Below, piece by piece: positions 1-9,037 of a stretch of DNA of 45,051 bases. Source of the DNA: Gemmatimonadota bacterium (lineage in GTDB: Bacteria; 4572-55; J002); NCBI GenBank assembly GCA_003697105.1, contig RFFQ01000183.1, positions 1 through 45,051 of the forward strand. The letters run 5' to 3'. Within the stretch, counting starts at the first letter, position 1. Every line of letters begins with the position of its first letter. Made by a program: the position numbers and the translations under genes. The notes beneath the pieces are model-generated. The model did not search any database and was not told the origin of the DNA. It saw nothing but the letters and a program-made list of their open reading frames with translations.

Positions 1-307
1 CCACATCCATATAAAAATTCGTGAGATAATTCAATACCCGAAGAGCCATAAACCGGTCAACCGTGGATTGAAATTCCAACAGAATGTAAATAAACAGAGC
101 TTGATCCGGACGCCGTTTGACCTTGTAAATCAGGTCACTTTCGGTCGTTTTATAATGTTCTGAAACGTACGATTTATCAATAACTTCCGCCGTATCAAAA
201 TCAAGGTCACTAACCCACGATTCCGGCACGAACGTTTGGATCAACTGCCGGAAAATCGTCCGATTCTTGAAAAGCCGCTTATAACCACTATCGTGAACCG
301 TAGGCAT
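1..307 (-). CDS. Rpn family recombination-promoting nuclease / YhgA-like putative transposase (5' part, runs off the window)
   Basis: Not in the ORF track. Hand translation from ATG 307 gives MPTVHDSGYKRLFKNRTIFRQLIQTFVPESWVSDLDFDTAEVIDKSYVSEHYKTTESDLIYKVK...FIYILLEFQSTVDRFMALRVLNYLTNFY. The HDxxYKxLF, ESDLIY and LLEFQS motifs are typical of Rpn PD-(D/E)XK nucleases. Confidence 0.85.
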   Translation of the reverse strand, partial: MPTVHDSGYKRLFKNRTIFRQLIQTFVPESWVSDLDFDTAEVIDKSYVSEHYKTTESDLIYKVKRRPDQALFIYILLEFQSTVDRFMALRVLNYLTNFYMDV

Positions 308-314
308 GAATTTA

Positions 315-914
315 CTAAATCTCCGCGGAATTTCTCACAATCCGTCCGATCAAACCGTATTCTAATGCTTCTTCTGGGGAGAGCCAATAATCTCGTTCGG
401 TGTCCTGTTCCACTTTTTCTAGCGATTGTCCCGTTTCATCGGCAATCAGTTGGTTGGCTCGTTTGCGTAATTTCAAAATCTCTTGAGCCGTAATATGGAT
501 GTCGGTTGCGGTGCCCTGAATTCCAGTGGAGGGTTGGTGGATCATAATACGGGAATTGGGTAAGGAAAGCCGGTTTTCTTTTTTTGCTCCTAACAGGATG
601 ATCACGCCAGCACTGGCGGTCAATCCAGCGGAAATCGTATAAACCGGACAACTGACAAAGCGGATCATGTCCATGATGGCAAACCCATCATCTGCCCCAC
701 CACCGGGTGTATTCAGAAAAACTTTGATTGGTGCTTCTGGGTCCCGATCTGCCAAAACCAGTAATTGACTAATCACACGGGATGCTAATTTGGAATTGAT
801 TGGCTCAGAGATTAATATCGTCCGCGATTCCAGCATACTTTCCGTAATACCTTTAGGTGCCTTATCGCTTTCTTCCTTTTGTTGCTCGTTTTCGTCATCG
901 TGAAACCAAATCAT
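315..914 (-). CDS. clpP: ATP-dependent Clp protease proteolytic subunit
   Basis: FLNTPGG, TASAG (catalytic Ser), MIHQP (His) and RDYWLSPEEALEYGLI (Asp) motifs. Confidence 0.95.
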   Translation of the reverse strand: MIWFHDDENEQQKEESDKAPKGITESMLESRTILISEPINSKLASRVISQLLVLADRDPEAPIKVFLNTPGGGADDGFAIMDMIRFVSCPVYTISAGLTASAGVIILLGAKKENRLSLPNSRIMIHQPSTGIQGTATDIHITAQEILKLRKRANQLIADETGQSLEKVEQDTERDYWLSPEEALEYGLIGRIVRNSAEI

Positions 915-983
915 CGATTAAAACCCCTTTCTATTGATTTTTAGCATTGCATTTTAATTCAAATGTTTTATTTTCAGGTTGAA

Positions 984-1012
984 AGGTTACGATTCAATCC
1001 AGTGTTTGTCAA
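984..1012 (-). promoter_or_regulatory. sigma70-like promoter for clpP
   Basis: Minus strand TTGACA-N17-TAACCT about 70 nt upstream of the clpP ATG. Confidence 0.5.
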
Positions 1013-1046
1013 GTTCTTTATCATTCAATTTCCAAGGAGTAAATTT

Positions 1047-2219
1047 ATGGCTGAAATCCTGACGCCAGCAAACTTAGAGTGGCGTGAAAAAGCCCGTTAC
1101 ATTGCCGAACAATATGTCCGTCCGGTAGCCGCCGATCTAGACCGCACCGGAGAGTATCCCTGGAGTGTAATCGAAGCACTACGGGAGAACGGACTAATGG
1201 GTATCTGGATTCCAAAAGAATATGGGGGGCACGATGCCGGTATTCTAAACCTGTGTATTGTGGTGGAAGAACTTTCCCGCGCTTGCGGTGGAATGGGAGT
1301 CGCTTATGCGGTGAATGCACTGGGAAGCTTTCCGGTACTGCTGGGAGGTACAGAAGCACAAAAAGAGAAATATCTCCACAAAGTCGCTTCTGGAGAGACC
1401 TTAGTCGCATTCTGTCTCTCAGAAATAACCGCCGGTAGTGATGCCGGTTCTTTGAAAGCTCGGGCAACCAAAACGGAAGATTCTTACGTAATTCAAGGTG
1501 ATAAAAAATGGACAACGAACGCCAATGCCGCGACGCTTTACTCAGTCTTTGCCACCACCAATCCAGAACGAGGTACCCGGGGCGTTAGCGGATTCCTCGT
1601 CGAAAAAGGATGGGAAGGATTCACCATTGGTAAACGTGAGGATTTGATGGGCATCCGTTGCGTACCGGTACACGAAACCCATTTCCATAATTGCCGGGTT
1701 CCAGAAGATGCCTTGTTGGGGGGTAAAGAAGGACACGGCTTCAAACATGCCATGATGACCCTCGACCACGCCCGTCCCGGCGTGGCAGCACAGGCGGTTG
1801 GTTTAGCTCAAGGCGCCTATGAATTAGCGATGGATTATGTCCGCCAACGGGAACAGTTTGGACAGCCAATTGTCGCCAATCAGGCGATTCAGTTTATGTT
1901 GGCAGATATGGCAACACAGATAGAAGCCGCCCGGCAGTTAGTTTACACCGCGGCGCGGGCATTAGACGCCAAAACCAAAGATATGTCCAAACTGGCGGCG
2001 ATGGCAAAGGTCTTTGCGACGGACACCGCGATGAGAGTCACGACAGACGCCGTCCAGCTTTTTGGTGGTTATGGCTATTGCCGCGATTATCCCATTGAAA
2101 AGTATATGCGTGATGCCAAAATCACCCAGATTTACGAAGGTACCAATCAGATTCAACGGGTGGTGATTAGCCGCGCTTTAGTGCGTGAAGCCGCCGCAAA
2201 TGATAAAAAATCAGACTAA
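1047..2219 (+). CDS. Acyl-CoA dehydrogenase
   Basis: FCLSE..AGSDA, GDKKWTTN, QLFGGYGYCRDYPIEKYMRDAKITQIYEGTNQIQR. AAGGAG RBS precedes ATG 1047. Confidence 0.95.
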   Translation: MAEILTPANLEWREKARYIAEQYVRPVAADLDRTGEYPWSVIEALRENGLMGIWIPKEYGGHDAGILNLCIVVEELSRACGGMGVAYAVNALGSFPVLLGGTEAQKEKYLHKVASGETLVAFCLSEITAGSDAGSLKARATKTEDSYVIQGDKKWTTNANAATLYSVFATTNPERGTRGVSGFLVEKGWEGFTIGKREDLMGIRCVPVHETHFHNCRVPEDALLGGKEGHGFKHAMMTLDHARPGVAAQAVGLAQGAYELAMDYVRQREQFGQPIVANQAIQFMLADMATQIEAARQLVYTAARALDAKTKDMSKLAAMAKVFATDTAMRVTTDAVQLFGGYGYCRDYPIEKYMRDAKITQIYEGTNQIQRVVISRALVREAAANDKKSD

Positions 2220-2267
2220 ATGCGGTGTAAATCCCAGCAACGCATACACCTGCATCCGAAAAATCTC

Positions 2268-2299
2268 AAGCCCGTCTTCCTTGAAGAAGACGGGTTTTT
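2268..2299 (+). terminator. Rho-independent terminator
   Basis: AAGCCCGTCTTC / GAAGACGGGTTT stem followed by a T-run, downstream of the acyl-CoA dehydrogenase. Confidence 0.75.
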
Positions 2300-2392
2300 C
2301 GATTTTGGACTTGCCCTGACTGGCTCTTTTTAATATGTTGCGCAGAAATAAGCACACCTTCTTCTTTTTGAAACGAATAGACGTCATTAGCT

Positions 2393-3163
2393 ATGTTCAA
2401 CTTCATTCGCCTTGCCGGACGCCGCACAATCAAATTAGTGGAATATCTGGGATTATTTACTCTCATGCTGGGGAGTATCGTTAAACAACTCCCCTATTTG
2501 TTCCGCCAATTTTACCTAACAGTCGATCAAATGATGAAAATTGGCGTAAACTCCATGACATTAGTTTCGGTGACCTCCGTTTTTACCGGAATGGTGGCAG
2601 CCGTGCAAGCCGCCTATCAGGTGGAAGGTATGGGACCGCCCAATTTCATCGGAATGGTGGTAGGCAAATCGATTATCATCGAATTGGGACCCGTGCTTAC
2701 CGGACTTGTGATTGCCGGACGAGTCGGCGCTGCGATTGCCGCAGAAATAGGCACCATGCGGGTTACAGAGCAAATCGATGCCATGGAAACAATGGCACTT
2801 GATCCCATGCGTTACTTGGTAATGCCCCGCTTCGTTGCCGGACTGCTGATGCTGCCCACCTTGACAGTCTATGCCTGTTTTGTCGCCATTGTTGGTGGTT
2901 GGTTCACGGCGATTAATGTCGCGCCGATTTCCACCCATACCTATTTTTCCGGAATGCAAGGCTTTGTGACCTCCTTAGATATTTTTGCCGGATTTTTTAA
3001 ATCGGTGATATTTGGCGGAATTATCACTTCCATTGGTTGTTTTTACGGATACCATACCTCCGGCGGGGCAGAAGGTGTGGGCAAGTCAACTATGGGAGCC
3101 GTGGTCGCATCATCTGTGATGATTTTAATTAGTGATTATCTGGTAGCCGCCCTTGTTTTCTAA
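2393..3163 (+). CDS. mlaE: MlaE family lipid ABC transporter permease
   Basis: ELGPVLTGLVIAGRVGAAIAAEIGTMRVTEQIDAME, GGAEGVGKST. Confidence 0.92.
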   Translation: MFNFIRLAGRRTIKLVEYLGLFTLMLGSIVKQLPYLFRQFYLTVDQMMKIGVNSMTLVSVTSVFTGMVAAVQAAYQVEGMGPPNFIGMVVGKSIIIELGPVLTGLVIAGRVGAAIAAEIGTMRVTEQIDAMETMALDPMRYLVMPRFVAGLLMLPTLTVYACFVAIVGGWFTAINVAPISTHTYFSGMQGFVTSLDIFAGFFKSVIFGGIITSIGCFYGYHTSGGAEGVGKSTMGAVVASSVMILISDYLVAALVF

Positions 3164-3212
3164 TCATCCGGGAATGCTTCGATCTTATTCGTGCGAATAA
3201 AGGTGACTCCTG

Positions 3213-5003
3213 TTGGATACTTCCAAAAAGCGACTTCTCTTTGAAGTTTATCGACCATACCGGGTGCTAATCCTCCTGTTTATTAGTATTTCCTTCTTTT
3301 CATCTATCCTCGACAGCATTTCTATCGGTCTATTTGTTCCAATCCTCGGTAGCTTGCAAGAGGTACAAGATACTTCGGCATTCCCTCCCGCGCTCCAATT
3401 TTTGTTAGATGCCTTCATGGTATTTCCCCCGGAACAACGCCTGTTATACTCTATGGGGGCAGTCATTGTATTGGTGATTCTCAAAAACTTGTTTATGGGA
3501 TTCGCATTTTTGCTGGGATTTTGGTTAGCTTCCAAAATTGTAGCCGATATCCGTGTCCGTATGATCAATGTGTTACTGCGCGTCCGGCAAGATTACTTTG
3601 ATAAATATCAGGTCGGGCGGCTGATCGATAAGGTGATGTATCATTCGCAGATGTTTCAAGTATTCCTGCAAGAAATCTGTCGATCTGTGGTCTTTTTGGG
3701 GTCATTATTCACCTTGCTAGTCTTGGCAATTGCGATCTCATGGCAGTTGACGCTACTGGCAACCGGGCTATTTTCTTTGATTATGATAATAATGCTTTTT
3801 TACGGGCGTTTACTCCACTATCTTGGCCAGAAACGCACTCTAGCGAGCCAAGATTTGTCCGGTAACTTAGGAGAACTCCTGAACGGTATCCGGGGGATCA
3901 AATATTTTAATAAAGAGACCCTTTACCAGCAAAAATTGAATCGCAGTATCCACCGGTTTCGGGTTGCCGCGTATCAAGCGAGTTTTGCGGGGTCACTGGT
4001 GATGCTGATTACAGAAAGCCTGGCAGTATTGGCAGTAGGTTTCCTGTTTGTGGTGGCGTTGAACGTTTTTGCCCCCGACAAAAGTGTTCTACAAATTCAA
4101 CTTTTGCCGTTTCTGTATATTCTGGTACGCATGGTGCCATTGATCAAGATGTTAAATTTCGCTAAGGGCAATATTATTAACCAGTTACCTTCAATAAATC
4201 TGGTTTTAGACCTGATTCGTACCGATGATAAACCGTTTTTAACCGATGGAACGCAGCCATTTACTCATCTGAAAAAGGAAATCCGGTTTGAAAATGTAAG
4301 TTTTGGGTATAAGACGGAAAAACCAGACGTAATCCGGCATCTAACACTTACCATCCCGAAAGGCAAAACCACGGCAATTGTGGGAGAGTCTGGAGCGGGC
4401 AAGTCAACTCTTATCAATTTGTTGCTACGGTTTTATGACCCCCAGAGCGGGCGCATTCTCATCGATGGGCAACCATTAACAAACTTTCGGATTGGTACCT
4501 TTCGGGATCAAGTGGGTATGGTCAGCCAAGAGACGTTTATCTTTAATGATACGATTCGGAATAATATCGCGTTCGGCGCTAAACATGAGGTTGACGACCT
4601 AGCGATCATCCGGGCAGCAACCCGGGCGAAAGCCCATGAATTTATCATGAAAACACCAAAGGGTTATGAAACCCCACTGGGTGACCGGGGGATAAATCTC
4701 TCAGTGGGACAACGCCAGCGGATTGCAATTGCGCGGGCACTCCTCAAAGACCCGGATATCCTGATTTTAGATGAAGCCACTTCTGCACTGGATAATCGCA
4801 CAGAAAAACAGGTGCATCACGCCCTGATGGAACTGTGCAAAAATCGCACAGTGATTATCATTGCCCACCGGTTGAGCACGATTCAACACGCGGATCAAAT
4901 CGTGGTGCTCAAAGCGGGTCAGGTGGTCGAATTGGGCAGTGAAACCCAGTTAATGAACCAAAAAGGTGAGTATTATCAATTGGCTCAGGCGACACATACC
5001 TGA
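3213..5003 (+). CDS. ABC exporter, fused permease + ATPase (MsbA-like)
   Basis: N-terminal multi-TM domain; Walker A GESGAGKST; LSVGQRQR signature; Walker B ILILDEATSALD; AHRLSTI. Confidence 0.92.
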   Translation: MDTSKKRLLFEVYRPYRVLILLFISISFFSSILDSISIGLFVPILGSLQEVQDTSAFPPALQFLLDAFMVFPPEQRLLYSMGAVIVLVILKNLFMGFAFLLGFWLASKIVADIRVRMINVLLRVRQDYFDKYQVGRLIDKVMYHSQMFQVFLQEICRSVVFLGSLFTLLVLAIAISWQLTLLATGLFSLIMIIMLFYGRLLHYLGQKRTLASQDLSGNLGELLNGIRGIKYFNKETLYQQKLNRSIHRFRVAAYQASFAGSLVMLITESLAVLAVGFLFVVALNVFAPDKSVLQIQLLPFLYILVRMVPLIKMLNFAKGNIINQLPSINLVLDLIRTDDKPFLTDGTQPFTHLKKEIRFENVSFGYKTEKPDVIRHLTLTIPKGKTTAIVGESGAGKSTLINLLLRFYDPQSGRILIDGQPLTNFRIGTFRDQVGMVSQETFIFNDTIRNNIAFGAKHEVDDLAIIRAATRAKAHEFIMKTPKGYETPLGDRGINLSVGQRQRIAIARALLKDPDILILDEATSALDNRTEKQVHHALMELCKNRTVIIIAHRLSTIQHADQIVVLKAGQVVELGSETQLMNQKGEYYQLAQATHT

Positions 5004-5034
5004 CCCCAGCATTCATCACCGAGTAGCTTCTACC

Positions 5035-5784
5035 ATGACCCCTATTTTTGAGCTAAAGAACGTCTGTAAGTCCTTCGGTAAGGTGACTGCACTAGATGGA
5101 ATTAACCTGACCATCATGCCTACGGAACGGGTGGCAATTGTGGGTCCCAGTGGTGCCGGTAAAACTACCTTGCTGAACCTACTGAATGGCTCGATCCGGC
5201 CAGATGCGGGAGAAGTTCGTGTGTTGGGGCAGAACCTCACCACACTGAGTCGGAAGCAACTGCGCCACATCCAGCGGCAGATCGGGACGGTGTACCAGCA
5301 GTTTCATCTCGTGGAGCCGCTACGGGTCATTCACAATATCAATGCCGGACATTTAGGACATTGGTCAGCGACAAAAGCGTTGTTTTCACTCATTAAACCA
5401 CTTGCGGTAGCGCAGGCACAGGAGGCATTGGTACAAGTAGGTATCCCCGAAAAGCTCTATGCGCAAACAAGCCATCTCTCTGGGGGACAAAAACAGCGGG
5501 TCGCGCTGGCGCGGGTATTGGTGCAGAACCCCCAAGCCATTCTTGCCGATGAACCTATCTCGAACCTTGATCCGCGTCGCCGGCATGAAATCATGGATTT
5601 AATTCGCCGGCTGGTCGATCAGACAGGTAAAACGTTAATCCTCAATCTTCATTCCATCGAATTTGCCTATACTCACTGCCACCGGATCATTGGATTGCGC
5701 CACGGGCGTATTCAGTTTGATGATGTTCCGGAGCGTATCAGCGAACAGCACGTGCATGAGCTTTACCGCCTTGAAACCCTCTGA
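5035..5784 (+). CDS. PhnC-like phosphonate/oxyanion ABC transporter ATP-binding protein
   Basis: [45 protein letters not shown] is typical of the PhnC family. Confidence 0.88.
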   Translation: MTPIFELKNVCKSFGKVTALDGINLTIMPTERVAIVGPSGAGKTTLLNLLNGSIRPDAGEVRVLGQNLTTLSRKQLRHIQRQIGTVYQQFHLVEPLRVIHNINAGHLGHWSATKALFSLIKPLAVAQAQEALVQVGIPEKLYAQTSHLSGGQKQRVALARVLVQNPQAILADEPISNLDPRRRHEIMDLIRRLVDQTGKTLILNLHSIEFAYTHCHRIIGLRHGRIQFDDVPERISEQHVHELYRLETL

Positions 5785-7444
5785 CACTCGCAACGTTCCA
5801 TCCCCGCCGCCGTTATGGCATCGCCGGTTTTGGTTGCTAAGTTTTGGGGTAGCTCTGGTGTTCTCGCTGGGGCAAACCGGTTTTTTTCGGGAAGAGTTGG
5901 TCAATTATGGCGGTGTCGCGTTGATCGGGCGGGTATTCGGTGCCGCCTTACACCCCGACCTGAGCCTCTCCTTTCTCCGCCTAACATTGGATGCCACATT
6001 GGTTACGCTGGCGTATGCCGTTTGCGGAACAGCATTTAGCCTGATCTTCGGCAGCCTATTGGCCTTACCCGCATCCCAGATATTTTGGAAGACCGTTTTC
6101 CGCCATGACGCCTCCTCGCGCCGGGCACGGGTCTGCTGGCTAACGGTACGGACACTCCTTGCCATACCACGGGGTATCCACGAATTCTTATGGGGCTTAA
6201 TTTTTATCAACATCTTAGGGCTAGACCCGATCTCGGCAATCCTCGCGATTACCATCCCTTTTGGCTCGATTGTCGCCAAAGTTTACTCGGAAACACTGGA
6301 TGAAACCTCACCAGTGGTGTTTAATGCTCTCCTTAACAGCGGCGCTAAACCATTCCCAGCACTGTTTTATGCCTTGATTCCTCAAGCTATACCAGATTTA
6401 GTCTCATATGCCTTTTACCGGTTTGAGTGTGCTATCCGAGCAGCGGCAGTATTGGGGGTAATCGGGGTGGGTGGATTGGGATACCAAATTTTGCTCAGCT
6501 TACAAAGTTTAAAATATCAGGAGTTGTGGACTCTCTTTTTTGCCCTGATGGTACTCAGTGGGGGTGCAGACCTTTGGAGTAGTGTGTTGCGGAAACGGCT
6601 CACACAGGAACAATCCGATTCCGCTTCCATTCGATTTTTAGTGCGCGGTTCAATCCTCTTAGCGATAGTATTATTACCGGTTTCACTCGGATATGTGCAG
6701 CCGGATTTTGGACGTATTTTTTCCGAGCGCACCGGTAGATTAATCATTTCTATCACAGATCAAGCGTTTCCACCGCGTTATGAACCGGGTCAAACGGGGT
6801 ACATGCTCGCCCTGTCAATGAAGACGCTGGCAATGTCGCTATTAGCGATGGTCTTTGCCAGTTTTGGTGGGATGGTCTTTGCCTTTTTTGCCGCCAGAAA
6901 CCTGCTTTTGCCGGGTGGGATTATGATCCCCGAAAAAGCGTCTCTCTGGCAGCGGTTTTCCGGCAGGTTGGTATGGGTTGTTTCCCGAATGATCCTGCTT
7001 TTTACGCGGGCGATCCCCGCCCCCATTTGGGCGCTAATCTGTCTCTTTGTGCTTTTCCCGGGTATTCTCCCCGGAGCGATTGCCCTCGGGCTTTACAATT
7101 TTGGGATCCTCGGACGTTTGATGGCAGAAGTAGTGGAACATCTAGACCCCCGCCCCCTAAATGCACTTAAACATCAGGGAGCTTCGGGCTGGCAAGTCTT
7201 TTTTTACGGCGTTCTGCCTTCAGCCATGCCCCGCTTTTTGGCATACAGCCTTTACCGGTGGGAAGTTTGCTTGCGGGCTACGGTGATTGTGGGGCTAGTG
7301 GGAGCTGGGGGTTTGGGCCGTCTCCTCACAGAGCAACTCAGCAGTTTTGATTACCGGGGATTAGGGGTTACGTTGGCATATTTCATCGCACTGACCTTTT
7401 TTGTTGACCTCGTGAGCGCCTTTGTCCGAAAGACATGGCATTGA
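5756..7444 (+). CDS. PhnE/PtxC family ABC permease (two fused permease modules)
   Basis: Duplicated motifs YRFECAIRAAAVLGVIGVGGLG and YRWEVCLRATVIVGLVGAGGLG. Start codon uncertain. Confidence 0.88.
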   Translation: MSFTALKPSDTRNVPSPPPLWHRRFWLLSFGVALVFSLGQTGFFREELVNYGGVALIGRVFGAALHPDLSLSFLRLTLDATLVTLAYAVCGTAFSLIFGSLLALPASQIFWKTVFRHDASSRRARVCWLTVRTLLAIPRGIHEFLWGLIFINILGLDPISAILAITIPFGSIVAKVYSETLDETSPVVFNALLNSGAKPFPALFYALIPQAIPDLVSYAFYRFECAIRAAAVLGVIGVGGLGYQILLSLQSLKYQELWTLFFALMVLSGGADLWSSVLRKRLTQEQSDSASIRFLVRGSILLAIVLLPVSLGYVQPDFGRIFSERTGRLIISITDQAFPPRYEPGQTGYMLALSMKTLAMSLLAMVFASFGGMVFAFFAARNLLLPGGIMIPEKASLWQRFSGRLVWVVSRMILLFTRAIPAPIWALICLFVLFPGILPGAIALGLYNFGILGRLMAEVVEHLDPRPLNALKHQGASGWQVFFYGVLPSAMPRFLAYSLYRWEVCLRATVIVGLVGAGGLGRLLTEQLSSFDYRGLGVTLAYFIALTFFVDLVSAFVRKTWH

Positions 7445-7541
7445 AGATTAAGGTTGATATTTTTGGATACGTATTGTAAATTTTCCGCATAGTATTAAGA
7501 ATGGGACGTACCTCATCTACGATACATATAAAGGAGTCATA

Positions 7542-8924
7542 ATGAGTGATAGTTATAAAGGTTACCGGGAGCCGGTATTAAGTGTACTCAAAAAAAACAA
7601 CGTTCGGGTGTGGAGCGAAGTAGAAATGCAAACCACTCGCGGGGAATTTAAGGGCTTGATTTTGCCCCGTTCCGAGACCGCCGATGCCAAACACATCGTC
7701 TTGAAATTGATCAATGGCTACAATATCGGGATTGCCGCCGAGTTGGTTCAGTCCATCCGGGAAGTGGGCTACAAAGAGGCACATTACCAAATTCCCGAAA
7801 AAGATTTTCCGGTAGATGAGGGCAAACCGAATGTCAAATTGCTCGGAACCGGAGGCACAATTGCCAGCCGGCTGGATTATCGCACTGGGGCGGTTATTCC
7901 GGCATTTTCTCCCGGCGAATTGTACGGCTCTGTACCGGAATTAGCGGATTACTGTAATCTGGAAACCGAAAAATTGTTCGGGGTGTTTAGTGAAAACATG
8001 GGTCCGGAACAGTGGATAAAAACCGCCGAAGCGATTGGTGAAGAAATTGAAAAGGGCGTGGACGGCATTGTCATCGGGCACGGCACGGATACGATGCACC
8101 ACACGGCGGCCGTACTCTCCTTTATGGTGCAGAATTCACCCATCCCGATTGTGATGGTCGGTTCGCAACGTTCGTCGGATCGCCCTTCGTCCGATGCCGC
8201 ACTCAACCTTATTCATGCCGTCAAGACGGCGGCGGAAAGTGATATGGCAGAAACGATGGTCTGTATGTTTGGTCCCACCTCGGATCAATACGGACTGTTA
8301 CATCGAGGGACGCGAGTTCGCAAAATGCACTCCTCGTACCGTTCCACCTTTCGGACGATCAGTGATATACCGCTGGCAATGGTGGACCGGGATAAGATAA
8401 CACCCCTACGGCAAGATTACAAACGGCGGCGCTCAGACCGGAATGTGAATATCAACGCCGTGTTCGAGGAAAAAGTCTCCATCGTCTATTATTATCCCAA
8501 TATGAAGCCGGACATCATCGATTCGTTGGTGGACAATGGGTACCGGGGTATTGTCATTGCCGGAACGGGGTTAGGTCATGTCAATAAGCCGGTCTATCCG
8601 GCATTACAACGCGCACGGGAGCACGGTGTGGCAGTTTACATGACGGTACAAACGTTATGGGGCTATGTGCAAATGTATGTCTATGAAACCGGACGGGAAA
8701 TGATGCAACTGGGTGTTGTTCCTACGGCAAATATGCTTCCGGAAACGGCGTATGTGAAATTGGGTTGGGCATTGGGGCAAACAGATGATCTGGAAAAAGT
8801 GAAGGAGATCATGTTGACCCCTATTAGTGGAGAAATCACAGAACGTGAGCCTTACAACGGCTATTTAGTCTATCAAGGGGGTATCCCCGAAGTAGAAGAA
8901 TTTTTGCGACAAATTAAGCGCTAA
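7542..8924 (+). CDS. gatD: Glu-tRNA(Gln) amidotransferase subunit D (GatD; asparaginase fold plus N-terminal GatD domain)
   Basis: N-terminal LPRSE..D..HIVLKL.NGYNIG domain; TGGTIASRLDYRTGAV; GHGTDTM; GSQRSSDRPSSDA; RGTRVRKMHSS. AAGGAG RBS. Confidence 0.88.
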   Translation: MSDSYKGYREPVLSVLKKNNVRVWSEVEMQTTRGEFKGLILPRSETADAKHIVLKLINGYNIGIAAELVQSIREVGYKEAHYQIPEKDFPVDEGKPNVKLLGTGGTIASRLDYRTGAVIPAFSPGELYGSVPELADYCNLETEKLFGVFSENMGPEQWIKTAEAIGEEIEKGVDGIVIGHGTDTMHHTAAVLSFMVQNSPIPIVMVGSQRSSDRPSSDAALNLIHAVKTAAESDMAETMVCMFGPTSDQYGLLHRGTRVRKMHSSYRSTFRTISDIPLAMVDRDKITPLRQDYKRRRSDRNVNINAVFEEKVSIVYYYPNMKPDIIDSLVDNGYRGIVIAGTGLGHVNKPVYPALQRAREHGVAVYMTVQTLWGYVQMYVYETGREMMQLGVVPTANMLPETAYVKLGWALGQTDDLEKVKEIMLTPISGEITEREPYNGYLVYQGGIPEVEEFLRQIKR

Positions 8925-8946
8925 ACCTACCAGTACACATGAAAGT

Positions 8947-8994
8947 GGTGCCAACTCCCAACCGGTTGGCACCCCGACGGATATATCTATCCGT
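8947..8994. repeat. Two adjacent inverted repeats (operator-, REP- or terminator-like)
   Basis: GGTGCCAAC-N9-GTTGGCACC (8947-8973) and ACGGATA-TATC-TATCCGT (8977-8994). Confidence 0.6.
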
Positions 8995-9037
8995 ATCTAT
9001 TTTCTCCGATTAAGCCCAAAGGGAGGTTGGCTTAATC

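Noticed and set aside
7445-7541. T-box leader before gatD
   Set aside because: The gap is under 100 nt and lacks the T-box motif.
8947-8973. CIRCE (HrcA operator)
   Set aside because: Same 9-9-9 geometry, but the arms do not match TTAGCACTC-N9-GAGTGCTAA and are in the opposite orientation.
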